This document shows positions 15,979 to 24,584 of a DNA stretch of 32,000 nt, in pieces; the stretch's first letter is position 1; each line of letters starts with the position of its first letter. A program made the position numbers and the translations under genes. The DNA is from Nostoc punctiforme PCC 73102 (GTDB taxonomy: Bacteria > Cyanobacteriota > Cyanobacteriia > Cyanobacteriales > Nostocaceae): positions 1,140,001 to 1,172,000 of the forward strand of contig NC_010628.1 in assembly GCF_000020025.1 (NCBI RefSeq), in the 5' to 3' direction. Below the pieces are notes generated by a model. The model searched no databases. It saw only the letters and a list, made by a program, of their open reading frames with translations, and had not been told where the DNA came from.

Positions 15979-17598
15979 ATGACTTTACCAACTATTAAAG
16001 TTGGCATCCAAGGGGTAGCATCGATGACTGTAGAGGAATTACTAGAAAAGTACGCAGCAGGAGTCTTAAATTTTAGTGGTATTGACCTTGCGGAAGCTAA
16101 TCTGAGTGGGGTCAAACTCAGTGGCGTGAATCTTAGCGATGCTAATTTGAGTATAGTTAACCTCAGTGGCGCGAATCTGAGCGAAGCTAACTTGAGCAAT
16201 GCCAAGCTGAATGTAGCCAGACTCAGTGGCGTGAATCTATCCAACGCCATCTTAAATAACGCTAGTCTCAACGTCGCTAATTTGATTCGAGCCGATCTCA
16301 GCCGCGCTCAACTTAAAGGAGCCTTATTGATTCGCGCTGAGTTAATTCGCGCTGACCTCAGTCGCGCTGACCTGTCGGAGGCTGACCTCACCAGTGCTGA
16401 TTTACGAGAGGCGACACTCCGCCAAGCGAATCTCCGCCACGCTAACTTGAGTGAGAGTGTCTTGAGAGGCGCTTCCATGACGGGAGCAAATTTAGAGATG
16501 GCTAACTTAAATGCCAGCGATCTCAGTCGTTGCGATCTGAGTGGTGCAAATTTGCGAGATACTGAACTCAGACAAGCGAATCTTAGCCATGCCAACTTGA
16601 GCGGAGCAGATTTGAGTGGAGCAAACCTCCGTTGGGCAGATTTGAGTGGGGCGAACCTCCGTTGGGCAGATTTGAGCGGCGCAAAATTGAGCGGGGCTAC
16701 TTTAATTGGCGCAGATTTAACCAATGCGAATTTAACGAATACAATTTTTATCCACGCCGATTTAACTCAGGCAAAATTAATTAGGGCGGAATGGATTGGT
16801 GCTGACTTAACTGGAGCAACATTAACTGGGGCCAAGCTTTACGCCACCTCCAGGTTTGGTTTAAAAACCGAAGGTATGATTTGTGAATGGGTCGATCTTA
16901 GTCCAGCCGGCGATCGCTCCATTATCCAAAAGTTCCATTCCGAAGACTCACGAGACTTTTTTAACGAAACACCGCCGACAATCCGCATTATTGTTGATGC
17001 AGCCTTAGAACACGAAGCCAATTTTGCGATCGCAGGCGCTTACTATCAAATAGCTCAGGAATATCGGGTACTAAGACAACCCCCAAGCATCGAAAGTGGT
17101 CGTCGTCGAACTGTTTTCACATTTTATGTAGATAGCGACGAAGCATTATTTTCCACTGCTTACATTGTGATTCTTCCCTTTCTAGATGCGGCATCTACTC
17201 ACAATAATATTTCCAGTGTCGTGGAAATCATTAACAATGAAATTGTTGCAAATCAAGATTTAAAATTGCCAAAATCGCCCCTGATTGTGAAACAATTAAA
17301 TATTCTTCTAGAGCAAGCCATAAGTCAGGCGGCAACAATTAAACAGACGAAAAAAAATATTGAAGTAGCCACAAAGTTAAATTTTTGTAAAGCCCCAACT
17401 CAAATAGTTTTAACGAATTCTAGCGCCCACACATTGATTGTCCATGACCATCCCAACTTTGGGAAAAGATTTATTAATCGCTCTGCTCTTAATGCTTCAA
17501 CTTATGATGATATATCTAATGAAGCAACAAAATACATATTACCTTCGTTAAGTATGGTAATAGATTTTGTAAAAGGTTTTCACTATATTAGTCATTAA
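15979..17598 (+). CDS. Pentapeptide-repeat protein with a non-repeat C-terminal domain of about 240 aa
   Basis: About 55 consecutive A(N/D)LSx pentapeptides (residues 35-300), then a unique domain from GLKTEGMICEWVDLSPAGD. The likely start is Met16 (MTVEELLEKY, 16024). Confidence 0.9.
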   Translation: MTLPTIKVGIQGVASMTVEELLEKYAAGVLNFSGIDLAEANLSGVKLSGVNLSDANLSIVNLSGANLSEANLSNAKLNVARLSGVNLSNAILNNASLNVANLIRADLSRAQLKGALLIRAELIRADLSRADLSEADLTSADLREATLRQANLRHANLSESVLRGASMTGANLEMANLNASDLSRCDLSGANLRDTELRQANLSHANLSGADLSGANLRWADLSGANLRWADLSGAKLSGATLIGADLTNANLTNTIFIHADLTQAKLIRAEWIGADLTGATLTGAKLYATSRFGLKTEGMICEWVDLSPAGDRSIIQKFHSEDSRDFFNETPPTIRIIVDAALEHEANFAIAGAYYQIAQEYRVLRQPPSIESGRRRTVFTFYVDSDEALFSTAYIVILPFLDAASTHNNISSVVEIINNEIVANQDLKLPKSPLIVKQLNILLEQAISQAATIKQTKKNIEVATKLNFCKAPTQIVLTNSSAHTLIVHDHPNFGKRFINRSALNASTYDDISNEATKYILPSLSMVIDFVKGFHYISH

Positions 17599-17600
17599 AT

Positions 17601-17670
17601 ATGGGGAATGGGAAATGGGGAATGGGAATTAATTATTAGACAAATGACTAATTACTAATGACTAATGACA
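17601..17670. repeat. STRR-like heptamer arrays (GGGGAAT-type, then ATGACTA/TTACTAA-type)
   Basis: atggggaatgggaaatggggaatgggaatt at 17601-17630. atgactaattactaatgactaatgaca at 17644-17670. Confidence 0.8.
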
Positions 17671-17686
17671 AAATTTTGGAGGAAAA

Positions 17687-18280
17687 ATGAGCAATCTCTT
17701 TAATAAAATGATCGGTCGAACTCGCTATGTAGTCTTTCGCCTATTTCTGCACTTGGGGGGAGGTGAGGTAGCGCCAATTTTGGGAGTATTAAATAGTGCT
17801 GGGCGAGATGCGATCGATGCCGATGGCGACTTAGAAGTTTTGGGAGAAGGCTTGGTAGAAATTAGCCAAACTCTTCTACAATACGATGAATATTGGCTTT
17901 CTGCTGCCAACGAAGGCGACGTACTTTGGAATGAAGGCGAGGCGGGAGATTATGTTAATGAATTATTTACTGACTCTGCCGAAAGATATCTCAGTGAACC
18001 AGATTATAGTTCTGACTCTGGATTGAATGAACCTTTATCTATACCTGTAACTCGCAATGTCATTGTAATGATTACAGTAGCTTATGAGGGAGAAGTACCA
18101 GAGTTAGAAACCGATCTTTCTAACGTTCAGGCGCTCAAGGAAGGATTGAAAGCATTGATAAATTTGCATTATAAACATAGATTAAAGGCAATCCAAGTGC
18201 ATTTTTCCCCAGCACAGTTAGGCGATGAACTCACTAGCGATCAACTGTTGCAATATTACCCAGAATTGATTCCTTTATAA
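17687..18280 (+). CDS. Conserved hypothetical protein, DUF1517-like C-terminal domain (assigned from memory of the pattern)
   Basis: ORF with a good RBS (ggagg at 17679-17683). Pattern: LLQYDEYWLSAA...EGEAGDYVNELF...ER ... VIVMITVAY ... LKAIQVHFSPAQLGDELTSDQLLQYYPELIPL. Confidence 0.7.
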   Translation: MSNLFNKMIGRTRYVVFRLFLHLGGGEVAPILGVLNSAGRDAIDADGDLEVLGEGLVEISQTLLQYDEYWLSAANEGDVLWNEGEAGDYVNELFTDSAERYLSEPDYSSDSGLNEPLSIPVTRNVIVMITVAYEGEVPELETDLSNVQALKEGLKALINLHYKHRLKAIQVHFSPAQLGDELTSDQLLQYYPELIPL

Positions 18281-18350
18281 TATGTTGGGTAGTCCGTACT
18301 TACTACTCACATCGAGAAATTGTTAAGCTCAGAGATAGGACAATAATCCA

Positions 18351-19235
18351 ATGATCATGACCATAGTACGTAAATTTACAGCCGTTTTTTTAGCTCTGAG
18401 TTTGTGTGTCACAACTGTCGCTTGTGGTGGGGGAAACGAAACTACTCCTCCCGCTAAGAACGTTAGCCAAAGCTCTACTAACACAAAGCTGAGTGATGGA
18501 GAGTATAAAATACAACAAGCTACTTATGACGATGCAACTGGTGAATACAGCTTGTTTTTACTTAACAATAATCCCCCAACCTTTGCAACCGAAAATTTGC
18601 AAATGGCACGGTTAACTGATGATGAAATCAAGCAAGGTAAGAAGACCTATCTGAAGGTAGAAAAAGGACAACCGATTTTATATCTAACGGAAGACTTTAA
18701 AATAGATTACGTCCACAACGTTACCGAGAATAAAACCAATCCCCAAACAGGACAACAAGAGACGGTTGTAGTCCGTCGAGAAAATAGCTTTTGGTCTCCA
18801 TTTGCTGGGTCTGTGGCTGGTAGCTTGGCGGGACAGGCAATTGGTAGTATGTTGTTTAGACCCCAGTATTATGTACCCCCTGCCTATTATCCAGGACAAG
18901 GATTAAGTGGCTTCGGTGGATATGGTGGAAGCTATGGCCAAGCAGTCCAAAGTTACCAAAGTCGTTATAATGCGCCACCCGCAGCAGTGACAAATCGGAC
19001 TGCGTTCCGCAATACAGGGACGATTAGAAGGTCATATCCTGGAAATACAAATATACGCAATACACCGCGTAGCACTACAGGTAATAACCGTCCTTCTGGT
19101 TCTGGCTTTGGTGGTAGTACGTTGCGACCCTCTGGTAATTCCAGCACTACCAGACGCAATTCTGGCAGTGGTTTTGGTAGTGGACGTAGTACAGCACCCC
19201 GCCGCTCAAGTGGTTTTGGCAGCAGACGACGTTAG
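18351..19235 (+). CDS. Probable lipoprotein/secreted protein with a G/S/R/N/Y-rich low-complexity C-terminal tail
   Basis: Signal-like N-terminus FTAVFLALSLCVTTVACGGG. The last 110 aa or so are compositionally biased (SGFGGYGGSYG...RRSSGFGSRRR). Confidence 0.75.
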   Translation: MIMTIVRKFTAVFLALSLCVTTVACGGGNETTPPAKNVSQSSTNTKLSDGEYKIQQATYDDATGEYSLFLLNNNPPTFATENLQMARLTDDEIKQGKKTYLKVEKGQPILYLTEDFKIDYVHNVTENKTNPQTGQQETVVVRRENSFWSPFAGSVAGSLAGQAIGSMLFRPQYYVPPAYYPGQGLSGFGGYGGSYGQAVQSYQSRYNAPPAAVTNRTAFRNTGTIRRSYPGNTNIRNTPRSTTGNNRPSGSGFGGSTLRPSGNSSTTRRNSGSGFGSGRSTAPRRSSGFGSRRR

Positions 19236-19294
19236 AAAATTTTCGATTTAATTAAGTAGACTGCCTAAGAAGTTAAAGTAATGTGTTGCATAAA

Positions 19295-19329
19295 GAAGCC
19301 GGAGGGTCATAGGTCAATCCTCCGGCTTC
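19295..19329. terminator. Bidirectional stem-loop between convergent genes
   Basis: gaagccggagg (19295-19305) pairs with cctccggcttc (19319-19329), an 11-bp perfect stem with a 13-nt loop and a T-rich 3' flank. Confidence 0.65.
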
Positions 19330-19367
19330 TCTTTATATCTATGCAATTCGCGCTCAGAAATTATGAA

Positions 19368-19739
19368 TTATTCGGTCAAATAATAGGAAATACTAAATAT
19401 AAATAATGCTAAAAGAACAGGAATCATTTTATTAAAATCTATTTGCTTTTCTTGAACTATTTCTAAACAAGACATCGGAATCATTAGGGGCCAAAAGATA
19501 GTTGTTACCAAAAACATCACAACTGATAAAAACTTATCTTCTGGAGTTGAAGCAGGATGACGTAGAGAAAATATTAACCAATTGATTAAAAAATAACATG
19601 TCATTAACAGATAACCAATAGTTAAAGTCAGTTGTATCTGATTCACCTTAAGTACTCCTGAAGTTATGTGAGCTTCACTAAACATCAACCGTACAAAGTT
19701 ATAACATATTTGGTTTTCTTCCTCGCTCTGGAAAACCAT
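19368..19739 (-). CDS. Hypothetical small membrane protein (about 3 TM)
   Basis: 123-aa ORF with hydrophobic segments (LTIGYLLMTCYFLINWLIF, VVMFLVTTIFWPLMIP, IPVLLALFIFSISYY). AT-rich, with no family motif. Confidence 0.5.
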   Translation of the reverse strand: MVFQSEEENQICYNFVRLMFSEAHITSGVLKVNQIQLTLTIGYLLMTCYFLINWLIFSLRHPASTPEDKFLSVVMFLVTTIFWPLMIPMSCLEIVQEKQIDFNKMIPVLLALFIFSISYYLTE

Positions 19740-19905
19740 AGTATCCTTATATACTAAATAAGTAACATTCTTGTTATGTCAAATTTCTCTTGCTGTTTGT
19801 AGAGCCTCATCAACCCTCTTTGAAGAAACTTTTTAAATTTTGGATGATGAATATTTATATAGCACGCTCCAAAATTTAAAATTTGGTTAGCTATGAGAGT
19901 AATAA

Positions 19906-20679
19906 TTAAGCAGTCTTAAAAAATCGAATAATTTCGCGGACATGATCGAGAAATTGACCATCGGTGGAAAGTTGCGCGATCGCAGTTCGTGCTTCTCTTG
20001 CCAAACGTTCATGTTCAGTTTGATTTGTCGCCCGTAATTCCTCAAAATTAGCTGCAATCCGGGCTAAATCTCTGCGAGTCTCTTCGGCAAAGCGTTGTTG
20101 AGTTGCGGGTAATGAATAGGGTTGTTCTGGGTTGAGTTGATCTTCCAACGACTGGATTTTTTGCTCCAATATCGAGAAGCGATCGCGCAATTCAAAAATA
20201 TCTTCGCGTGGATACTTCCATTCTTGGCGAATCATGGCTAACCGTGCATATAAATACTCATAAGCTCGAATAGCTGGACGCAGAATCGTTAATAACAAAG
20301 CTGCACCAGAGCTTATATATCCCACCGTACTAATACCAGTGGCAGCAAGGGTATAAAGACCAACGGCTGAAAATAAGTGTAAAGCAATGGCAACCCAGAG
20401 CGATCGCTTTGCCAACGATGTGACATACTTCACTTGTTTCTCATCGACTGGAATTCCTTTCTCAGTTGATTGTGCTGCTTCTGCTAAGACTTCTTTGGCT
20501 TGAAAATGCACATTCCACGGTACCGTAACAATTACTAACAGCCACCAAAAACTTGCACCACCAATCACCCAATCAAGAAAATTACCAGCAGGGATGTGCA
20601 ACCATTGCAGTAAGCCAAAAGCTGTTAGCACCACAACCACAATTCCTGCAATGGAGCTGATGAAAAAGTTAATATACAT
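19906..20679 (-). CDS. Conserved hypothetical membrane protein (4 TM) with a C-terminal coiled coil
   Basis: 257 aa. TM segments in residues 1-140, then the heptad-like region ELRDRFSILEQKIQSLEDQL...EELRATNQTEHERLAREA. The gene contains HIP1 sites, consistent with native genome composition. Confidence 0.8.
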   Translation of the reverse strand: MYINFFISSIAGIVVVVLTAFGLLQWLHIPAGNFLDWVIGGASFWWLLVIVTVPWNVHFQAKEVLAEAAQSTEKGIPVDEKQVKYVTSLAKRSLWVAIALHLFSAVGLYTLAATGISTVGYISSGAALLLTILRPAIRAYEYLYARLAMIRQEWKYPREDIFELRDRFSILEQKIQSLEDQLNPEQPYSLPATQQRFAEETRRDLARIAANFEELRATNQTEHERLAREARTAIAQLSTDGQFLDHVREIIRFFKTA

Positions 20680-20924
20680 CTTGCCCTGTCTCCGGTGAAA
20701 CTATACCTCGATCGTGACTCTAACCCAGAGTTATACGTAAAATATTGTGATGGTTTTTCTGTTTGCACACACCAACTTTTCGATGAGATAGCTACGCCAA
20801 TTAGGTTGAGTATCTTTGCTACCTTTTTGTGTAAAGTAGCAACAGACATGATTGTGATGGTTTTTCTAGTTGCACATATATAAATAAAATAAACCACTGC
20901 TTAGAAACAAAGAAGTGAGAAATA

Positions 20925-21392
20925 ATGAAATACTGCTTTGTAGAGTTTCAAGTAGATGATTCCAAAAGATTCAATGATCTTTGTAAAGTTTTCAACGAAA
21001 TTAAAAAAGATAAAGACAATAATTTTTGGCGTAATGAAGAAGATTGGCTAATTTTTTTTGACCGCAAAGCATTATCACATTTTTGGTGGACTAGCGAAGA
21101 GGAAGAGACTGAATATTTCCGTCGCTGGTTTGCAACACCTGTGGAACAGAGGTGGACAGATCCTAGCCTCGAAACTCCTTGGGACTTTTATTCTATGTTT
21201 GATGCTTTTCAAAATGGTGAATATCAATTAATTGCTTGTAGAATGGTTTCTGCCAACAGAGCTAAACTTGAGTTTGAACCCTTTAACTATCCCTATGGCG
21301 GAACTGGTGCAATACAGGCGTTAGTTGAATCCTTCGATTTTATAATTCTTGCAGAAGACGACGGTACAGGATACACAAAATTTAACCTGTAG
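20925..21392 (+). CDS. Orphan hypothetical protein (Trp/Phe/Glu-rich, 155 aa)
   Basis: Clean ORF with an RBS-like gtgag 8 nt upstream. I recognise no motif. AT-rich. Confidence 0.6.
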   Translation: MKYCFVEFQVDDSKRFNDLCKVFNEIKKDKDNNFWRNEEDWLIFFDRKALSHFWWTSEEEETEYFRRWFATPVEQRWTDPSLETPWDFYSMFDAFQNGEYQLIACRMVSANRAKLEFEPFNYPYGGTGAIQALVESFDFIILAEDDGTGYTKFNL

Positions 21393-21432
21393 TTTGGGAA
21401 AAGAGTGAGAAAATTCAAACCTTTCCCCGTCT

Positions 21433-21849
21433 CTATTGAATGAGATAACTACGCCAAATTGATGGAGTGTCTTTACTACCCTTTTCTGGAATTAGCGATC
21501 GCCAAGTTTTACCTTCTTGCTGAATTTGCAAGTAAACATCAAAGGGTTGTTTTGGTTGCGTCAAGCGCCGTTTTGGTAGCTTAAGAATCAAGTCGTAGGT
21601 TCCCCGAACGTGGAAAGCCGGTAAATTTTCAATCGTTAGGGGTTGTTCTTGGGTAATTGATAGCCGCTTGATTTCAAATCCTTGAAAATCTAGATCCAAC
21701 TGTTGGCTAAGTTTTTGTTGAGTTTGCTCTAGCCCAAGTGCGATCGCTTTTTGCACTAACTCGCTAGTCGGTAGCAATCCAATACTGCCACAAGCTGTAA
21801 CTAGCATCAGCAATATTGCTGTCAAAACTAACCGCACTATGTTATTCAC
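21433..21849 (-). CDS. Hypothetical lipoprotein
   Basis: Signal peptide plus lipobox: LLMLVTAC-GS. 138 aa. Confidence 0.75.
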   Translation of the reverse strand: MNNIVRLVLTAILLMLVTACGSIGLLPTSELVQKAIALGLEQTQQKLSQQLDLDFQGFEIKRLSITQEQPLTIENLPAFHVRGTYDLILKLPKRRLTQPKQPFDVYLQIQQEGKTWRSLIPEKGSKDTPSIWRSYLIQ

Positions 21850-22107
21850 TGCCTAATCTGCTATTTTCTTCCTTATCAGTTTAACCGGACGGGTTGCTGC
21901 TTTTTCCGCGTTGAGTAATTTAGGAATTATGCAGACAATAGCCGAAAGATTTTAATTACAGATAAGGGCAATTTATGAATTGCCCCTGTTGTTAGAATTT
22001 GGTAACGAGATTTTGATTTTCATTGAAGAAGGCAGGAGCCAGAAAACAGTATTCCTTCTGCCTCGTGCCTTCTGCCCTCTGCCTTTCTAGATAAATTTTG
22101 TAAATCT

Positions 22108-22728
22108 TTAAAAAATTTGTTCTAAGCGTTGGAAATCGCGTTGCACTTCATACCAGAGACTTTTATTATGGGGGTCTGTTTTCAAAGCTTTTTTGAGATA
22201 AATTCTGGCTTTGAGCAATTGGTTTTCAGAAATTAGCGCCCGTCCCCAAATTTGATAAGTGATCGCTTGCCATTGGCGAACTTCTGCATCTGTTGACAAA
22301 CGATCTGCTAAAGCTTCCACCAGTGCGATCGCTTGCGGAAATCGTTTCTCTTGCAAGAATCGCTGCAATTGTTCATAAGTCTTCCACTTCAGCCGTTCTT
22401 CTATTTCCAACAGATTAGGCGGCTTTGGTTTCCCTGGTTGCTGGTTTACCACCGTTGTGACTGGTGTTTTCTGTCGCTGCGTTGTCTTAGCAGCATCACG
22501 CCCAGTTGACACCTGAGTTGAATGTGCAGCAGTTTCCTCTGGCAGTACTACCGTCAGCAGGAGTTTGTAAGCCTCTGTCAAGGCAATAAACTTATCTTTG
22601 GCTTTGTTGTCATCTGGGTTGATATCGGGATGATATTGCTGCGCCAATCGTCGATAAGACGCTTTGATATCAGCAAAAGAAGCTCCCGATCTTAAACCTA
22701 GCAAACGGTAGCAATCTCCAAGATCCAT
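22108..22728 (-). CDS. J-domain (DnaJ-like) protein with a TPR-like C-terminal region
   Basis: DCYRLLGLRSGASFADIKASYRRLAQQYHPDINPDD contains the HPD motif. The C-terminus is helical and TPR-like (AIALVEAL..., ARIYLKKALKTDPHN). Confidence 0.88.
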   Translation of the reverse strand: MDLGDCYRLLGLRSGASFADIKASYRRLAQQYHPDINPDDNKAKDKFIALTEAYKLLLTVVLPEETAAHSTQVSTGRDAAKTTQRQKTPVTTVVNQQPGKPKPPNLLEIEERLKWKTYEQLQRFLQEKRFPQAIALVEALADRLSTDAEVRQWQAITYQIWGRALISENQLLKARIYLKKALKTDPHNKSLWYEVQRDFQRLEQIF

Positions 22729-22853
22729 CTTGAGCTATGAGCTATCGAATATTTAGCTATCGGCTATTATCTGTCAGTATTCAGCTTTAAGCCTGGACTA
22801 TTAATGATAAAGGCTAATTTTCTATTTTAAAGTTCAATGTTGACAGTTTGTTT

Positions 22854-22965
22854 GGGAATGGGCATTGGGCATTGGGCATTGGGCACTGAGGATTGGGAAT
22901 TGGGTTATTAATTCTGCCCCCTGCCCTCTTCTCCCTGCTCCCTTGCCCCCTGCCCCTTGCTTCCC
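22854..22965. repeat. Heptamer array (GGGCATT x about 7) plus a C-rich octamer-like run; on the minus-strand transcript it forms a G-rich/C-rich hairpin right after the clpP3 stop
   Basis: gggaatgggcattgggcattgggcattgggcactgaggattgggaattgg at 22854-22904. ctgccccctgccctcttctccctgctcccttgccccctgccccttgcttccc at 22914-22965. Confidence 0.8.
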
Positions 22966-23577
22966 TTACTCGCCTGCTACTATAGAGGTTCGTTCTTCAA
23001 TCACACGGTCAATTAAACCGTATTCTTTAGCCTCTTCAGCAGACATGAAAAAGTCACGATCCATATCTTTTTCAATTTTTGCTATGGTCTGACCGGTTTT
23101 ATCGGCATAAATGCCATTAAGCTGGTGACGAATCCGCAGAATCTCTCTAGCTTCAATTTCGATGTCGGTTGCTTGTCCACGGGTTCCACCTGAAGGCTGG
23201 TGAATCATAATCCGTGAATGAGGCAATGCTAGGCGCTTACCTTTGGTACCAGCAGCTAACAGGAAAGACCCCATTGAAGCAGCTAAACCAACGCAAATAG
23301 TTACTACATCTGATTTTATATGTTGCATGGTGTCAAAAATCGCCATGCCAGATGTAACCATTCCACCGGGAGAATTGATGTATAAATAAATATCTTTACC
23401 CGGATCGTCAGAGTCCAGATACAGCATTACAGCAATTATTTGATTGGCAATTTCATCATCAATATCTCGCCCCAAGAATATAATCCGTTCTCGGTAAAGG
23501 CGATCGTAGATGCTAATCCAATCTGTATATTGTCCACCGGGCATCCGGTAAGGGACTTTAGGAACGCCTATAGGCAT
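22966..23577 (-). CDS. clpP: ATP-dependent Clp protease proteolytic subunit (cyanobacterial ClpP3 type)
   Basis: Catalytic Ser context GLAASMG, His context IMIHQP, and Asp present. N-terminus [14 protein letters not shown]. Located downstream of clpR, as in the known clpR-clpP3 operon. Confidence 0.95.
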   Translation of the reverse strand: MPIGVPKVPYRMPGGQYTDWISIYDRLYRERIIFLGRDIDDEIANQIIAVMLYLDSDDPGKDIYLYINSPGGMVTSGMAIFDTMQHIKSDVVTICVGLAASMGSFLLAAGTKGKRLALPHSRIMIHQPSGGTRGQATDIEIEAREILRIRHQLNGIYADKTGQTIAKIEKDMDRDFFMSAEEAKEYGLIDRVIEERTSIVAGE

Positions 23578-23596
23578 AATTTACTCCGTTTTTAAT

Positions 23597-23640
23597 TAGT
23601 CATTAGTCATTAGCCATTAGTCATTGGTCATTGGTCATTA
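23597..23640. repeat. STRR2-like heptamer array (TTAGTCA/TTGGTCA x6) inside the clpR-clpP3 spacer
   Basis: tagtcattagtcattagccattagtcattggtcattggtcatta, seen directly. Confidence 0.85.
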
Positions 23641-23683
23641 ATAATTTTTGGTTATTAACAAAGGACGAATGACAAAGGACAAA

Positions 23684-24346
23684 TTAAAGGACACTGGCTG
23701 GGAGGGGGGGATTTGCGAGTTCTTCTTTCTCAAAAACTCGATCGATTAGACCGTATTCCTTCGCTTCATAAGGTGTCAGATATAACAGCCGATCCATGTC
23801 TTTAGTAATTTTTTCTCGGGGCTGCCCGGTAGTCTGATGTAAAATATCAACTAACGCGCCTTTGTTTACCAAAACTTCCCTTGCCCGAATTTGAATATCC
23901 GTTGCTTGACCTTGGGCGTAGCTCTTAGGCTGATGCAGGATAATCGAAGAGTGAGGCAAACTAGCGCGGCAACCTTTTGTCCCAGCACTGAGAAGCATGG
24001 CTGACATACCCATCGCGGAACCGACGCAGATGGTATGGATAGGAGGCTTGATATATCTCATGGTGTCATAGATGGCGAAGGCTTCGGTTTCAAAGCCAAT
24101 GGGTTCGCCACTGTAACCAGATGTACCGGTGGAGTTGATATAGATTTTAATGGGCTTTTCTGGGTCATCGGATTGCAAAAACAGCAACTCAGCCACGATT
24201 AATTCCGTGACAGCAGGCACCAGTGGCATCCCAATATAGACAATTCGCTCCTTCAATAAGAGGGAAGGTAAATCTGGCGGTGGTGTCCGGTAAGAGCTAT
24301 CGCCGTAATATGGGGCTTGAACAGCTTTGATTGGGGAAATGTCCAT
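23684..24346 (-). CDS. clpR: ClpR, a ClpP-like non-catalytic subunit
   Basis: ClpP fold motifs are present, but aligning with the neighbouring ClpP puts GSAMGMSAM against GLAASMGSF, so the catalytic Ser position is Gly. The extended N-terminus with PPPDLPSLLL is typical of ClpR. Confidence 0.9.
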   Translation of the reverse strand: MDISPIKAVQAPYYGDSSYRTPPPDLPSLLLKERIVYIGMPLVPAVTELIVAELLFLQSDDPEKPIKIYINSTGTSGYSGEPIGFETEAFAIYDTMRYIKPPIHTICVGSAMGMSAMLLSAGTKGCRASLPHSSIILHQPKSYAQGQATDIQIRAREVLVNKGALVDILHQTTGQPREKITKDMDRLLYLTPYEAKEYGLIDRVFEKEELANPPLPASVL

Positions 24347-24584
24347 AGCAACTGATCGCCTGAAACTATGCCGTTAACTGTAATACATCCTAGCGCGATG
24401 CACGCTTCCCTCAAGGTGCGGATTTCTCCCTAATGCTTCAGGTGGCTTTGCATCTGCCAATGTTTGGCTTCTAAGATATTCTGATTATATTCATGTATTT
24501 GTGTTGGATAGGTTTTCCGTAAAGCTAAAGTGGTGCTTTGAAGTTATTTATTAATATGTATATCCTGAATAAGGACTTTAAGTT

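Noticed and set aside
20625-20897. ORFs 20625-20897 (minus strand) and 20695-20883 (plus strand) in the gap upstream of the orphan gene
   Set aside because: The minus-strand ORF overlaps the start of 19906-20679. It owes part of its length to the stranded copy of the lipoprotein-gene 3' end. Neither ORF has a start context or a motif.
22865-23092. 75-aa plus-strand ORF across the GGGCATT array and the clpP3 3' end
   Set aside because: It is a translated heptamer repeat (GIGHWALRIGNW) plus antisense of a highly conserved clpP gene.
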